Below, piece after piece: positions 7,357 through 15,074 of a stretch of DNA of 24,000 nt. Each line of letters opens with the position of its first letter. Position 1 is the first letter of the stretch. The position numbers and the translations under genes are program-made. This stretch comes from Saprospiraceae bacterium. GTDB taxonomy: Bacteria > Bacteroidota > Bacteroidia > Chitinophagales > Saprospiraceae. A model generated the notes under the pieces. That model saw only the letters and a program-made list of their open reading frames with translations. It did no database searches and had not been told where the DNA came from. Where the stretch lies: contig JALHQW010000069.1 in assembly GCA_022841745.1 (NCBI GenBank), positions 8,353 through 32,352 of the forward strand. Reading direction: 5' to 3'.

Positions 7357-9711
7357 ATGAAAGCATATCCTCCAAATACCCCCCCAGCACCGCCTAGGCC
7401 AGCGCCGCCGGCACCTCCACCAAGCACCTCGCCCGCCGACCATACAGCATGCCTGCTGGGTTCGGGCATCGTCTGCGGTCTGCAAGTCTATGTGGACAAG
7501 CACTGCGCCATCCACGTGGCCAAGGGGTTGGCCCTTACCTCGGGCGGACTCGTCGTACACCAAGAAGCCGACGCCGTTTTCCACTACTATTTGCCCTACG
7601 ACAAGGCGAGGGAGTTCAAGGAGCACCTGCCCTGTGCTGAGGGGCTGGACAATTTTCCGGTCTTCAAGCTGCTGGCGCAAAAGACTGTGGACGCCAAACC
7701 ACTTTCGCCCCAGAACCTCGCCGCCATGAAAACCAACTCGTTTCTGGAGGACAAAGTGGTAGTGGCCTACCTCGAAGGCGGCAAGCTGCCCACCTACCTG
7801 TTGCTTTCCCAGAAAGATGCCGTGAAAATACTGGCCCTGCGGGACGAGTTAAAAGATGTCGTTTCACAAAAGCCGCTTTCCAAGCCCTCGCTGCGGCCTG
7901 GTACAGGCACCTACACTTACACCGAGGAGGACTACGACAAGGCCATGCACCCGCAACTGCTGTTGAAAGCCGTGCATTTCCGGCGGTTCGGCTTTGAGGC
8001 GCTCGCCCTGCTGGACAAGGACAAACCAGCCGATACGTTCAACCTTGTACCTTGTTTTTGGGAGAAAATAAGCAATTTCGCCACCATCCATGCGGAGTAT
8101 GCGGCCATTGTGGAGGAGGCCATTGACCAAATCAACGATGCGCTGGAATACCTGCACGGCCACCCTGCCTTTTACCCGCTGCTCACGCACAAGCCACCGG
8201 GTTATTTCAAGCCCTACTTGTCGGTATTGGTGGAAAAATGGACGTTGTTCATTTCTTCGCCCCATATCCATAAGTACCCTGAGTATGTGCAGTATTTTTA
8301 CGATTGGGCAAAGGATTTGGCGGCAGCCTACGAGGAACTGAAAGCGGAAATGGACGACCTCACTCATGCCTGCTGTGGCGACGACTGCCACCCGTGGCAC
8401 GTCCTCTTGGGCAAGGTGAAGGGCGGCAACTCGGAATATACCCCGTCGGTTTTTCGGCAGGAACTGGTGCAGCCGGCCAGCCTAAACGGCAATGCCGAGC
8501 GCCTGCGCAAAATCAAGCTGCTGCACTGGCGGCTGATGATGATGATACGCACCTTCGACCTGCCACACCTCCGGCTCGACGAAACGGTGCTGGCCAAGCA
8601 CTTCCCGCCGACCGCCGAGGAGGAGGACAGCACCAACCAAATTGAGCGGGACAAGGGCAAAATATTGGACGAAGTAAAAATGACACCCAGCAAAAACAAC
8701 TGCGAACCGCTGGGTCAACGGGCCATCCCCTACTACTACCCAATCGCCGCCGATAATATTTATTCGCTTCACGGGTACTGGGACTATGCGAAGGCCCGCC
8801 ACTGCCGCACCGACGAGCATTTGACCTACAACGCCTTTGCGACAGGCTATACCAAAAAGGACTTTGTGCTGCGGCCATTGACCTACCCCATTGACTGCCT
8901 GCCGTTCTTGCGGGTGGAGGGGCATATCGGGAAAAAGATTGACGAGGTTAAGTCAAAATTGGAGGAGCTGAAGGCCAGGTACAACCTTGGCTTCGACCTA
9001 GTGACGATGCCAGCCTCCTCGCTCGCCACAAGCTGCAAAAAATTGCTCGGCGCAGAGCATATTGCCGGGCTGCGACAGCATGAGACTTTGGTTCTGGTTT
9101 ATACCGACGCCGAGGAAACCATCGAGGGAACCATCGCTTGCTCGAAGGAGGACATGGCTGTGGTGGAAAAGGGTGAGGTGGTGGCGGATTTCACGTTGCC
9201 GTATCGCTGCTGTGCGGCGGGAGCGGCGAAGTTTACGGGGACGGTGGTGGGATGCCACGACCAAAAGCCGATTGTTGGTGCTGTCGTAATAATTGGGAAC
9301 GTGACTTTGGTCACCGATACAGCGGGGATTTTCGAAGTTAAGTTGGGAGATGGTGAACATACAATTGGAATAACAAAACCCGATTTTCAAGACTTAATTC
9401 GAAAAGTTAAAATAGAAGGAGTTGACTTGTCTGAAAATTTGGGTTTAGCACCTTCAACTGGCAATATTTTGGGCGAGGTCAAACTTCTTGGCAACCCTGT
9501 GGATAAAGCCAAAGTAACTATGAAATTTAAAGATGGGAATGAAAAAAGCATACAAACAAAACCCGATGGAAAGTTTGAATTTTTTGGAGTGCCTGTCAAT
9601 GAGGAAATAATTTTGACTGCCACTATCAGAGGAATAACGCCGGCCATTAAAGTTATCAAAGTTGACCCATGTTCTCCGAATGATTATCATAAATTCGATT
9701 TTGACCCTTGA
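7357..9711 (+). CDS. 784-aa eCIS distal baseplate/fibre-position protein with two C-terminal carboxypeptidase-regulatory-like (Ig-like beta-sandwich) repeats
   Basis: The ATG lies 1 nt after the previous stop. The N-terminus is Pro-rich (PPNTPPAPPRPAPPAPPPSTSP). The C-terminal repeats are GTVVGCHDQKPIVGAVVIIGNVTLVTDTAGIFEVKLGDGEHTIGITKPDF and GNILGEVKLLGNPVDKAKVTMKFKDGNEKSIQTKPDGKFEFFGVPVNEEIILTA, which match the typical CarboxypepD_reg pattern. The function is inferred from position only. Confidence 0.5.
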   Translation: MKAYPPNTPPAPPRPAPPAPPPSTSPADHTACLLGSGIVCGLQVYVDKHCAIHVAKGLALTSGGLVVHQEADAVFHYYLPYDKAREFKEHLPCAEGLDNFPVFKLLAQKTVDAKPLSPQNLAAMKTNSFLEDKVVVAYLEGGKLPTYLLLSQKDAVKILALRDELKDVVSQKPLSKPSLRPGTGTYTYTEEDYDKAMHPQLLLKAVHFRRFGFEALALLDKDKPADTFNLVPCFWEKISNFATIHAEYAAIVEEAIDQINDALEYLHGHPAFYPLLTHKPPGYFKPYLSVLVEKWTLFISSPHIHKYPEYVQYFYDWAKDLAAAYEELKAEMDDLTHACCGDDCHPWHVLLGKVKGGNSEYTPSVFRQELVQPASLNGNAERLRKIKLLHWRLMMMIRTFDLPHLRLDETVLAKHFPPTAEEEDSTNQIERDKGKILDEVKMTPSKNNCEPLGQRAIPYYYPIAADNIYSLHGYWDYAKARHCRTDEHLTYNAFATGYTKKDFVLRPLTYPIDCLPFLRVEGHIGKKIDEVKSKLEELKARYNLGFDLVTMPASSLATSCKKLLGAEHIAGLRQHETLVLVYTDAEETIEGTIACSKEDMAVVEKGEVVADFTLPYRCCAAGAAKFTGTVVGCHDQKPIVGAVVIIGNVTLVTDTAGIFEVKLGDGEHTIGITKPDFQDLIRKVKIEGVDLSENLGLAPSTGNILGEVKLLGNPVDKAKVTMKFKDGNEKSIQTKPDGKFEFFGVPVNEEIILTATIRGITPAIKVIKVDPCSPNDYHKFDFDP

Positions 9712-9785
9712 TTTAGGAATGGCAAAGTAACCGTTTACCCAAGAATTAAAGTTTGACCAATGAAGGCAGTATTTATCAATATAAT

Positions 9786-11243
9786 ATGACCCTGCCCCAG
9801 CGCCATATCATCCAGCGCCAAGTCTTCGAACTGAACCTGCCCCAGCAGGAAGGCGCCTACCAGTTCCAACAGGAATGGGGCCGGGTGTTTTGGTCGCAAG
9901 CAGCACCAGCTTTGGAGCGCCTTTTCGACCGCCTGGCCCCGACCGGCACCACCATCCGGCTGGATCGGTTGGAGCTTGACCTTGGCAACTTGAGCAGTGA
10001 GGACTGGGAAAATGAACTGCCACGGAGACTGGCGGCAGGCATTGAACGGGAGTTGCTGAAAAAGGGGCTGCTGAACGGGCAGGCTCCACTTGGGCCAGCG
10101 CCAAAAGTGGGGGCGTTTTTTGAAAAATTAGGCTATTTCCTTGAAACGGGCAGGTTGCCGTGGTGGGCTTCCCCGGGCGATAAAATGGAGTTGGAAGCAG
10201 CCTTGGAGGAGGCACTGGCCGATGGGCCGAGCGCTGGGGCCGAGGGGCTTCACCGCAAACTGAACGGCAACCCTGTTGCCGTGGAGCGGTTTCTTTCGCA
10301 GTTTGGGGAGGCCGTTTTGGCAAAATTTGCCAAGCGGTCAATGCCAGGGTTTGTTAGCCTGAACGAACTGCGGCAGATGGTGCGGCAGCGGCTCGAAGCC
10401 CATTTTGAAAGGCAGTTCAGCCGGGCATTTTGGCAAGCTGTTTTTGAAAAAATACCGCCCAATGCCGAGCTAAAGCAAGCAACCAAACGACTCGAAATGG
10501 CGTTGGCGGACATGTTGGATGAAGGTTGCCGGGAGGCGGTGATGGCCATTTTTCCCCAAGAAACAAAGGAAGCACCGCCGAGCGCAAATGCTACGGTGCA
10601 ACACGGCGGCGACCAAGAGACAGCAGAAAGATCGGGATACCCTTTTTCTGTAAACAAGGGCGAAAAAGAGGAAGCCATTCCGTATTTTGTGGCAAAAAAA
10701 ATGGAACAGCCATCAACAGGCGAACTCGAAGCTGGAGAAGCCATTTACGTTGAAAATGCGGGGCTGGCCTTGTTGACACCGTTCATGCCCCGGTTTTTCG
10801 AGAACCTCGGCCTGCTCGACGGTCAGCAGTTTGTGTCACGGGAAAGCTGCCACCGGGCCATCCACCTGTTGGAGTTCATCGCCAGCGGTGTGGAGCAGCC
10901 CTATGAGTTTGCGCTGCCACTGAACAAGCTGCTCTGCGGTCTGCCGCTCGGACAGCCCACAGAGCGGCTCATCACTTTGACGACCGAGGAAAAGGCGGAG
11001 GCGGAAACCCTGCTCCAGTCCGTCATCGAGCATTGGCCAGCGCTGAAAAACACCTCACAGGAGGGGCTTCGAGAGGCGTTCCTGCGCCGCACGGGCAAGC
11101 TGACCCGCAAGCCCAGTGGCGACTGGCTGCTGCAAGTAGAGCGCAAGACGCTGGACGTGCTGCTTGACCGGATTCCTTGGGGTTTTTCGGTGGTCAAAAT
11201 GCCCTGGATGAAGGAAATGCTATGGGTTGAATGGAACCATTGA
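9786..11243 (+). CDS. eCIS tape-measure / length-determination protein (Afp14/Pvc14-like)
   Basis: The C-terminal block IYVENAGLALLTPFMPRFFENLGLLDGQQF...RAIHLLEFIASG...EFALPLNKLLCGLP...EHWPALKNTS is the motif set I associate with the 'contractile injection system tape measure protein' family. ATG 9786 (MTLPQRHIIQRQVFEL) is preferred over the ORF-track TTG at 9753. Confidence 0.65.
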   Translation: MTLPQRHIIQRQVFELNLPQQEGAYQFQQEWGRVFWSQAAPALERLFDRLAPTGTTIRLDRLELDLGNLSSEDWENELPRRLAAGIERELLKKGLLNGQAPLGPAPKVGAFFEKLGYFLETGRLPWWASPGDKMELEAALEEALADGPSAGAEGLHRKLNGNPVAVERFLSQFGEAVLAKFAKRSMPGFVSLNELRQMVRQRLEAHFERQFSRAFWQAVFEKIPPNAELKQATKRLEMALADMLDEGCREAVMAIFPQETKEAPPSANATVQHGGDQETAERSGYPFSVNKGEKEEAIPYFVAKKMEQPSTGELEAGEAIYVENAGLALLTPFMPRFFENLGLLDGQQFVSRESCHRAIHLLEFIASGVEQPYEFALPLNKLLCGLPLGQPTERLITLTTEEKAEAETLLQSVIEHWPALKNTSQEGLREAFLRRTGKLTRKPSGDWLLQVERKTLDVLLDRIPWGFSVVKMPWMKEMLWVEWNH

Positions 11244-11316
11244 TCTTCCACCACCATCAAATTGAGGTTCAAATATTCACAAACAATGATCGTTTTCAAC
11301 GCTAAATACCAATAAT

Positions 11317-12681
11317 ATGAAAGCAAGCGCCGAGGCCGTACCAACTCATCACACTACCTCCGGGCACCAGTTTTTCGGTGCTACGCAACAGCCTGGCGCT
11401 GCGTTTTTCAGCCCGGCCACTATCCAGCCCAAGCTGACCATCGGCGCCCCCGACGACCAGTACGAAAAAGAAGCCGACGCCATGGGCGAGCGGGTGGTGC
11501 AGATGTCTTCGATGTTTTCCGCAAGTGGCGGCAACACGCCGGGCATCCAGCGCCAATGCAGCGCCTGTGCCGCCGAGGAGCAGTTGCAAACCAAGCCCGA
11601 CTTGCAAAAAATGGGTGAGGAGGAGGAAGAGGAAATGGTGCAAACCAAGCCTGATATCCAACTGAAATGCGCCGCTTGCGCAGCAGAGGAGGAAGACCAG
11701 GTGCAGATGAAATCCGCAGGTGGCGAGTCCACGGCCAGCCCCGACCTGGCCAGCAAGCTCTCAGCCAAAAGCGGCAGCGGCCAGCCCCTCCCCGCCGATA
11801 CCCAGGCACTGATGGGCCATGCCATCGGTGCGGACTTCTCCGCCGTGCGGGTGCATACGGACAGCGATGCCATCCAAATGAACCGGGAACTGAGCGCCCA
11901 TGCTTTTACACACGGGCGGGATGTGTATTTCAATGCGGGGAAATATGATACAGGCTCAACGGAGGGGAGGAGGTTGCTGGGGCATGAGCTGGGGCATGTG
12001 GTGCAGCAGGGTAATGTTGAAGAAAAAAAACTCCAAATGAAGGTTGAACAAAGCCATGCAAGGTGTTTTAGTTATAACCCTACTTTTCCCATATTTACAG
12101 CCATTGGCACTGACCCTGTAGGTGCCTTAGCTATAATGCAAGCCGCAGATGCAAGGGCTATTGAATTGCTGACGAATACGATTGATGAATTAACATCTTT
12201 ACAAGCTCGAATTCAAGGAGGGGAACCACCCGCTGTGCCAACTTTTTCAGCATGTTTGGCTCAAAGCATGCAAATTAAACTTAGAGTTAACCCTACTGAT
12301 ATAAATTCATGGACTGGAAATGGGCCTAATACGGTCAATAGAATTATCAAAATCTACTCAAATCTTAGAGCGCAATTTCAAGGGGGGTTTGTTAGGTACA
12401 ATTGTTTGGGCAGGGATTGTGAAGATGGTGAAAGAGCGTATGTATACCTAGGACAAGGGTATCTTATAAATTTATGCCGCCCATATTGGAGGGATTTAGG
12501 TGTAGACGACAGGGGCTTGGTTTTGATTCATGAATTAGCTCATCATTACTATGGCACTGAGGATCATGGTTTTACTGGTTTAGGTGCATCCCATTGTCTC
12601 GACCATTTTATTGCAGACACGAATGGACTACCCCATCGAAATCCAGATGCCTGCAAAAATAATTTAATGACAGATTGTTAA
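11317..12681 (+). CDS. DUF4157 (eCIS-associated zincin-like HExxH) protein with a C-terminal aspzincin/M35-like metalloprotease domain; putative eCIS cargo toxin
   Basis: The N-terminal module is FFSPATIQPKLTIGAPDDQYEKEADAMGERVVQM ... ALMGHAIGADFSAVRVHTDSDA...HAFTHGRDVYFNAGKY...LLGHELGHVVQQG, with HELGH at 11983-11997. This is the DUF4157 signature. The C-terminal domain is YNCLGRDCEDGERAYVYLGQGYLINLCRPYW...LVLIHELAHHYYGTEDHGF, with a second HExxH at 12529-12543 and GTxD at 12553-12564. Confidence 0.8.
   Translation: MKASAEAVPTHHTTSGHQFFGATQQPGAAFFSPATIQPKLTIGAPDDQYEKEADAMGERVVQMSSMFSASGGNTPGIQRQCSACAAEEQLQTKPDLQKMGEEEEEEMVQTKPDIQLKCAACAAEEEDQVQMKSAGGESTASPDLASKLSAKSGSGQPLPADTQALMGHAIGADFSAVRVHTDSDAIQMNRELSAHAFTHGRDVYFNAGKYDTGSTEGRRLLGHELGHVVQQGNVEEKKLQMKVEQSHARCFSYNPTFPIFTAIGTDPVGALAIMQAADARAIELLTNTIDELTSLQARIQGGEPPAVPTFSACLAQSMQIKLRVNPTDINSWTGNGPNTVNRIIKIYSNLRAQFQGGFVRYNCLGRDCEDGERAYVYLGQGYLINLCRPYWRDLGVDDRGLVLIHELAHHYYGTEDHGFTGLGASHCLDHFIADTNGLPHRNPDACKNNLMTDC
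11413..12012 (+). repeat. Copy A of a ~600-nt direct repeat (the conserved DUF4157 5' module) shared with 17461-18015
   Basis: Hand alignment of 11413-11472 against 17461-17520 gives 51/60 identical, and all 9 differences are synonymous. Similarity continues by eye to the codons for GHVVQQG and then stops abruptly. Copy A has ~45 extra nt encoding a second CxxC-acidic unit. Confidence 0.85.
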
Positions 12682-12782
12682 CCAATGTGAATCCATTTAT
12701 CAACATAATATCAGCACGCAGGGTATAATTACCCGTATATTTTTATATCCAATGAGCAGCAATCATCTATTTTTCACTCATT

Positions 12783-12824
12783 GCCATCCAACCCAAGCTG
12801 ACCATCGGCGCCCCCGACGACCAG
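12783..12824 (+). pseudogene. Orphan fragment of the DUF4157 5' module (encodes AIQPKLTIGAPDDQ) with no start codon and a stop 9 codons downstream
   Basis: 12786-12824 (atccaacccaagctgaccatcggcgcccccgacgaccag) is 38/39 identical to 11422-11460 of the upstream DUF4157 gene. An in-frame TGA lies upstream at 12753-12755. The reading frame ends ...PHLRTKTP*. Confidence 0.85.
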
Positions 12825-12913
12825 CCCCATCTAAGGACCAAAACACCATGAAACTACCTATAAGATATTAACCAATAAACCCCCTATTTTCATCACCATA
12901 AACCAAAAAAAAA

Positions 12914-14995
12914 ATGTCAGAATCAGAATCCTACCAAGACTGGAACGAGGACATTTTCTCTTCCTCCACCAATAGGCTGCTAACGGAAATGCAACGATTC
13001 ACCGAAGGGGCTGACCTGTTGCAGTTGCTGGAGATACTCTTCAAAATACACAAAGAGTATGGCACCCATTCCATCCCCCCTGGCAATCCCTATTTGGCGT
13101 TGATACAGTTTTTGCGTCAACAGAAAACCTTTTTGAAACTATCAAAATATGAGAGCAGGGAATGGGCAGAAAAGGTATTGGCCATCACTTCGGTTCCCCA
13201 GAACTTCCCGGACATCAACGGGAGGATGTTCCTATTGGCTGCCTTGTTTTCGGAATTTGATGAAATCAACCAGCAATTGAGCCAAGATCCTGAATGGGGC
13301 ATTCTGTGTGGGACATTGACAACGCAATTGGAGGCTGAACTTTTGAAAGAAAAGGAAATTGACTTTCCAGTTTTATTGTCAGACCAAGGGCTTGTGCTGC
13401 GAAACGCAATCCTCTCTTTGCCGGAAGAAAAAAAATGGGAGGACCACGATTCGCTGGTACACACCAAGAACCTCAGCGATGGCCCCACAAAAGATGATGC
13501 GCTTTCCCGCAGGACTTTGGCGCAGTACCTGGCGAAGCGGCTGCGGCATATTTACCACCGTGACATTGCCACAGGGCAGCAAAAAGCCTTTTTCATGCAT
13601 ATTGATGGGGCCTGGGGGTCTGGCAAATCAACTTTGCTCGGCTTTTTGCAGGATGCGTTAGAAGACAAGGCCCCGCAAGATGATAAAATTGAAGACAATC
13701 AAAAATCGCAAGGTGAATGGGTTGTGGTCAATTTCAATGCCTGGGAGTACCAACGGTTAGACCAGCCATGGTGGTTTTTAATGAAAACGGTTTATAAGGA
13801 AGCCCTGCTCACCTTGCGCAAGCGCAGCTTCCATCGTTGCGCCAGCTTGTGGCTAACTGAAATGTTTTGGCGGCTGAACCCAAAAGGGCGTTATTTTCCG
13901 ATCGCAATAATTGCCTTGATAATCTTTGTATTTGCGGTATATCATGGTGCATCTTCGGCATCCACGCTTGGGGAAATCCCATTGGTTGGCACCTTGTCAT
14001 TCTTGTTTTTTATATGGTCCTCTGCCAAAACAATTGGTTCGAGCCTTTTGTCGGGTTCGGCAAAGGCGGCCCAGGATTTTGTGGAACAAAACAGTTCCAA
14101 CCCCATGCAAAAATTGACGGAGCATTTTAGGAACTTAATAAAGGAGATTGAATACCCCACCGCTATATTTATTGACGACCTCGACCGCTGCAACGAGGAC
14201 TATGGCATCAAATTATTAGAGGGCCTACAGACGATATACAAGAATGTGCCAGTCGTATATGTCGTGGCGGCGGACAGGAAATGGTTGAGCAAGATGTATG
14301 AAGATGAATACAGCCTTTTCGCGCCCGTTATCACAAAACCAGCCAAGCCTTTTGGCCTTGTATTTTTGGATAAAACTTTTCAATTGATTGTTGAACTGCC
14401 CGAAATATCAGCAACCCAAAAGGCCCTGTACTGGAGCAAATTGTTGAACGTTTCGGACGAAGCCCACGCGGAGGAGGAAAGCGACGTAATATCAAAAGTT
14501 GAAAAAGAAACGAACCTGCAAGGGCAGCTCGCTATTTTGGACAGCACAATCGGCATCAGGGCGCAGCAGATTGTCAGGGAACAAATCGTCAATTCCATTT
14601 CTATACAAGAAGAAGAAAAAGTGCTGGAGCACAGGTTGCAAAAATTCATAGACTTGATAGCACCCAACCCCAGGGCCATGAAGCGGCTCATCAATGATAT
14701 CAGCACGGCCAAGGCCATGACCATCCTTTACAACCAAAGAGTTGAAGAAGACCAATTGATATTGTGGACCATCCTGAAACTGCAGTACCCCGCATTGGCT
14801 CAAATGGTTTGGGAGGAACCTGAAAAATTAGCGCTCTTGCTTTCCGATGCAATGGATAACAAGGAATATTTTGACCTGCTGAAAAAAACAGAAGTAAGGC
14901 AGCTTTTTGAATACTCAGTTAACGGCAAGACCATTAGGATTGACGAAGATTTTGTTAGGAAAATGAGGTTTCAGGAAGTTGAAAAAAACTTATAG
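12914..14995 (+). CDS. KAP-family P-loop NTPase with two transmembrane helices inserted in the NTPase domain
   Basis: Walker A is GAWGSGKST (13607-13633). The block VVVNFNAWEYQRLDQPWWFLMKTV is KAP-typical. Two hydrophobic helices are present, YFPIAIIALIIFVFAVY and IPLVGTLSFLFFIWSSA (about 13890-14040). Walker B is IFIDDLDRC (14171-14191). A ~190-aa helical N-terminal extension precedes the NTPase domain. GC is lower than in the core genes (28/60 at 13921-13980). Confidence 0.85.
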   Translation: MSESESYQDWNEDIFSSSTNRLLTEMQRFTEGADLLQLLEILFKIHKEYGTHSIPPGNPYLALIQFLRQQKTFLKLSKYESREWAEKVLAITSVPQNFPDINGRMFLLAALFSEFDEINQQLSQDPEWGILCGTLTTQLEAELLKEKEIDFPVLLSDQGLVLRNAILSLPEEKKWEDHDSLVHTKNLSDGPTKDDALSRRTLAQYLAKRLRHIYHRDIATGQQKAFFMHIDGAWGSGKSTLLGFLQDALEDKAPQDDKIEDNQKSQGEWVVVNFNAWEYQRLDQPWWFLMKTVYKEALLTLRKRSFHRCASLWLTEMFWRLNPKGRYFPIAIIALIIFVFAVYHGASSASTLGEIPLVGTLSFLFFIWSSAKTIGSSLLSGSAKAAQDFVEQNSSNPMQKLTEHFRNLIKEIEYPTAIFIDDLDRCNEDYGIKLLEGLQTIYKNVPVVYVVAADRKWLSKMYEDEYSLFAPVITKPAKPFGLVFLDKTFQLIVELPEISATQKALYWSKLLNVSDEAHAEEESDVISKVEKETNLQGQLAILDSTIGIRAQQIVREQIVNSISIQEEEKVLEHRLQKFIDLIAPNPRAMKRLINDISTAKAMTILYNQRVEEDQLILWTILKLQYPALAQMVWEEPEKLALLLSDAMDNKEYFDLLKKTEVRQLFEYSVNGKTIRIDEDFVRKMRFQEVEKNL

Positions 14996-15074
14996 CTTCA
15001 TCAAAAAATTCATAATATTACTCCAAACCGAACAAAGATTCAAAACCATTTCCAATCATCATATAACAACCACC

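Noticed and set aside
12752-12871. 39-codon ATG-initiated small ORF crossing the DUF4157 relic
   Set aside because: It reads the relic in a different frame from the conserved IQPKLTIGAPDDQ frame, giving HPTQADHRRPRRPAPS. It has no recognisable features and is most simply non-coding debris.
12905-12914. A10 homopolymer ending in the KAP start codon, considered as a slipped-strand phase-variation switch
   Set aside because: It lies outside the coding frame, so length changes would not cause a frameshift. Other genes in this window also have A-rich leaders without Shine-Dalgarno sequences (attaaaATG, aataatATG). An expression effect cannot be excluded, but the sequence gives no evidence for one.
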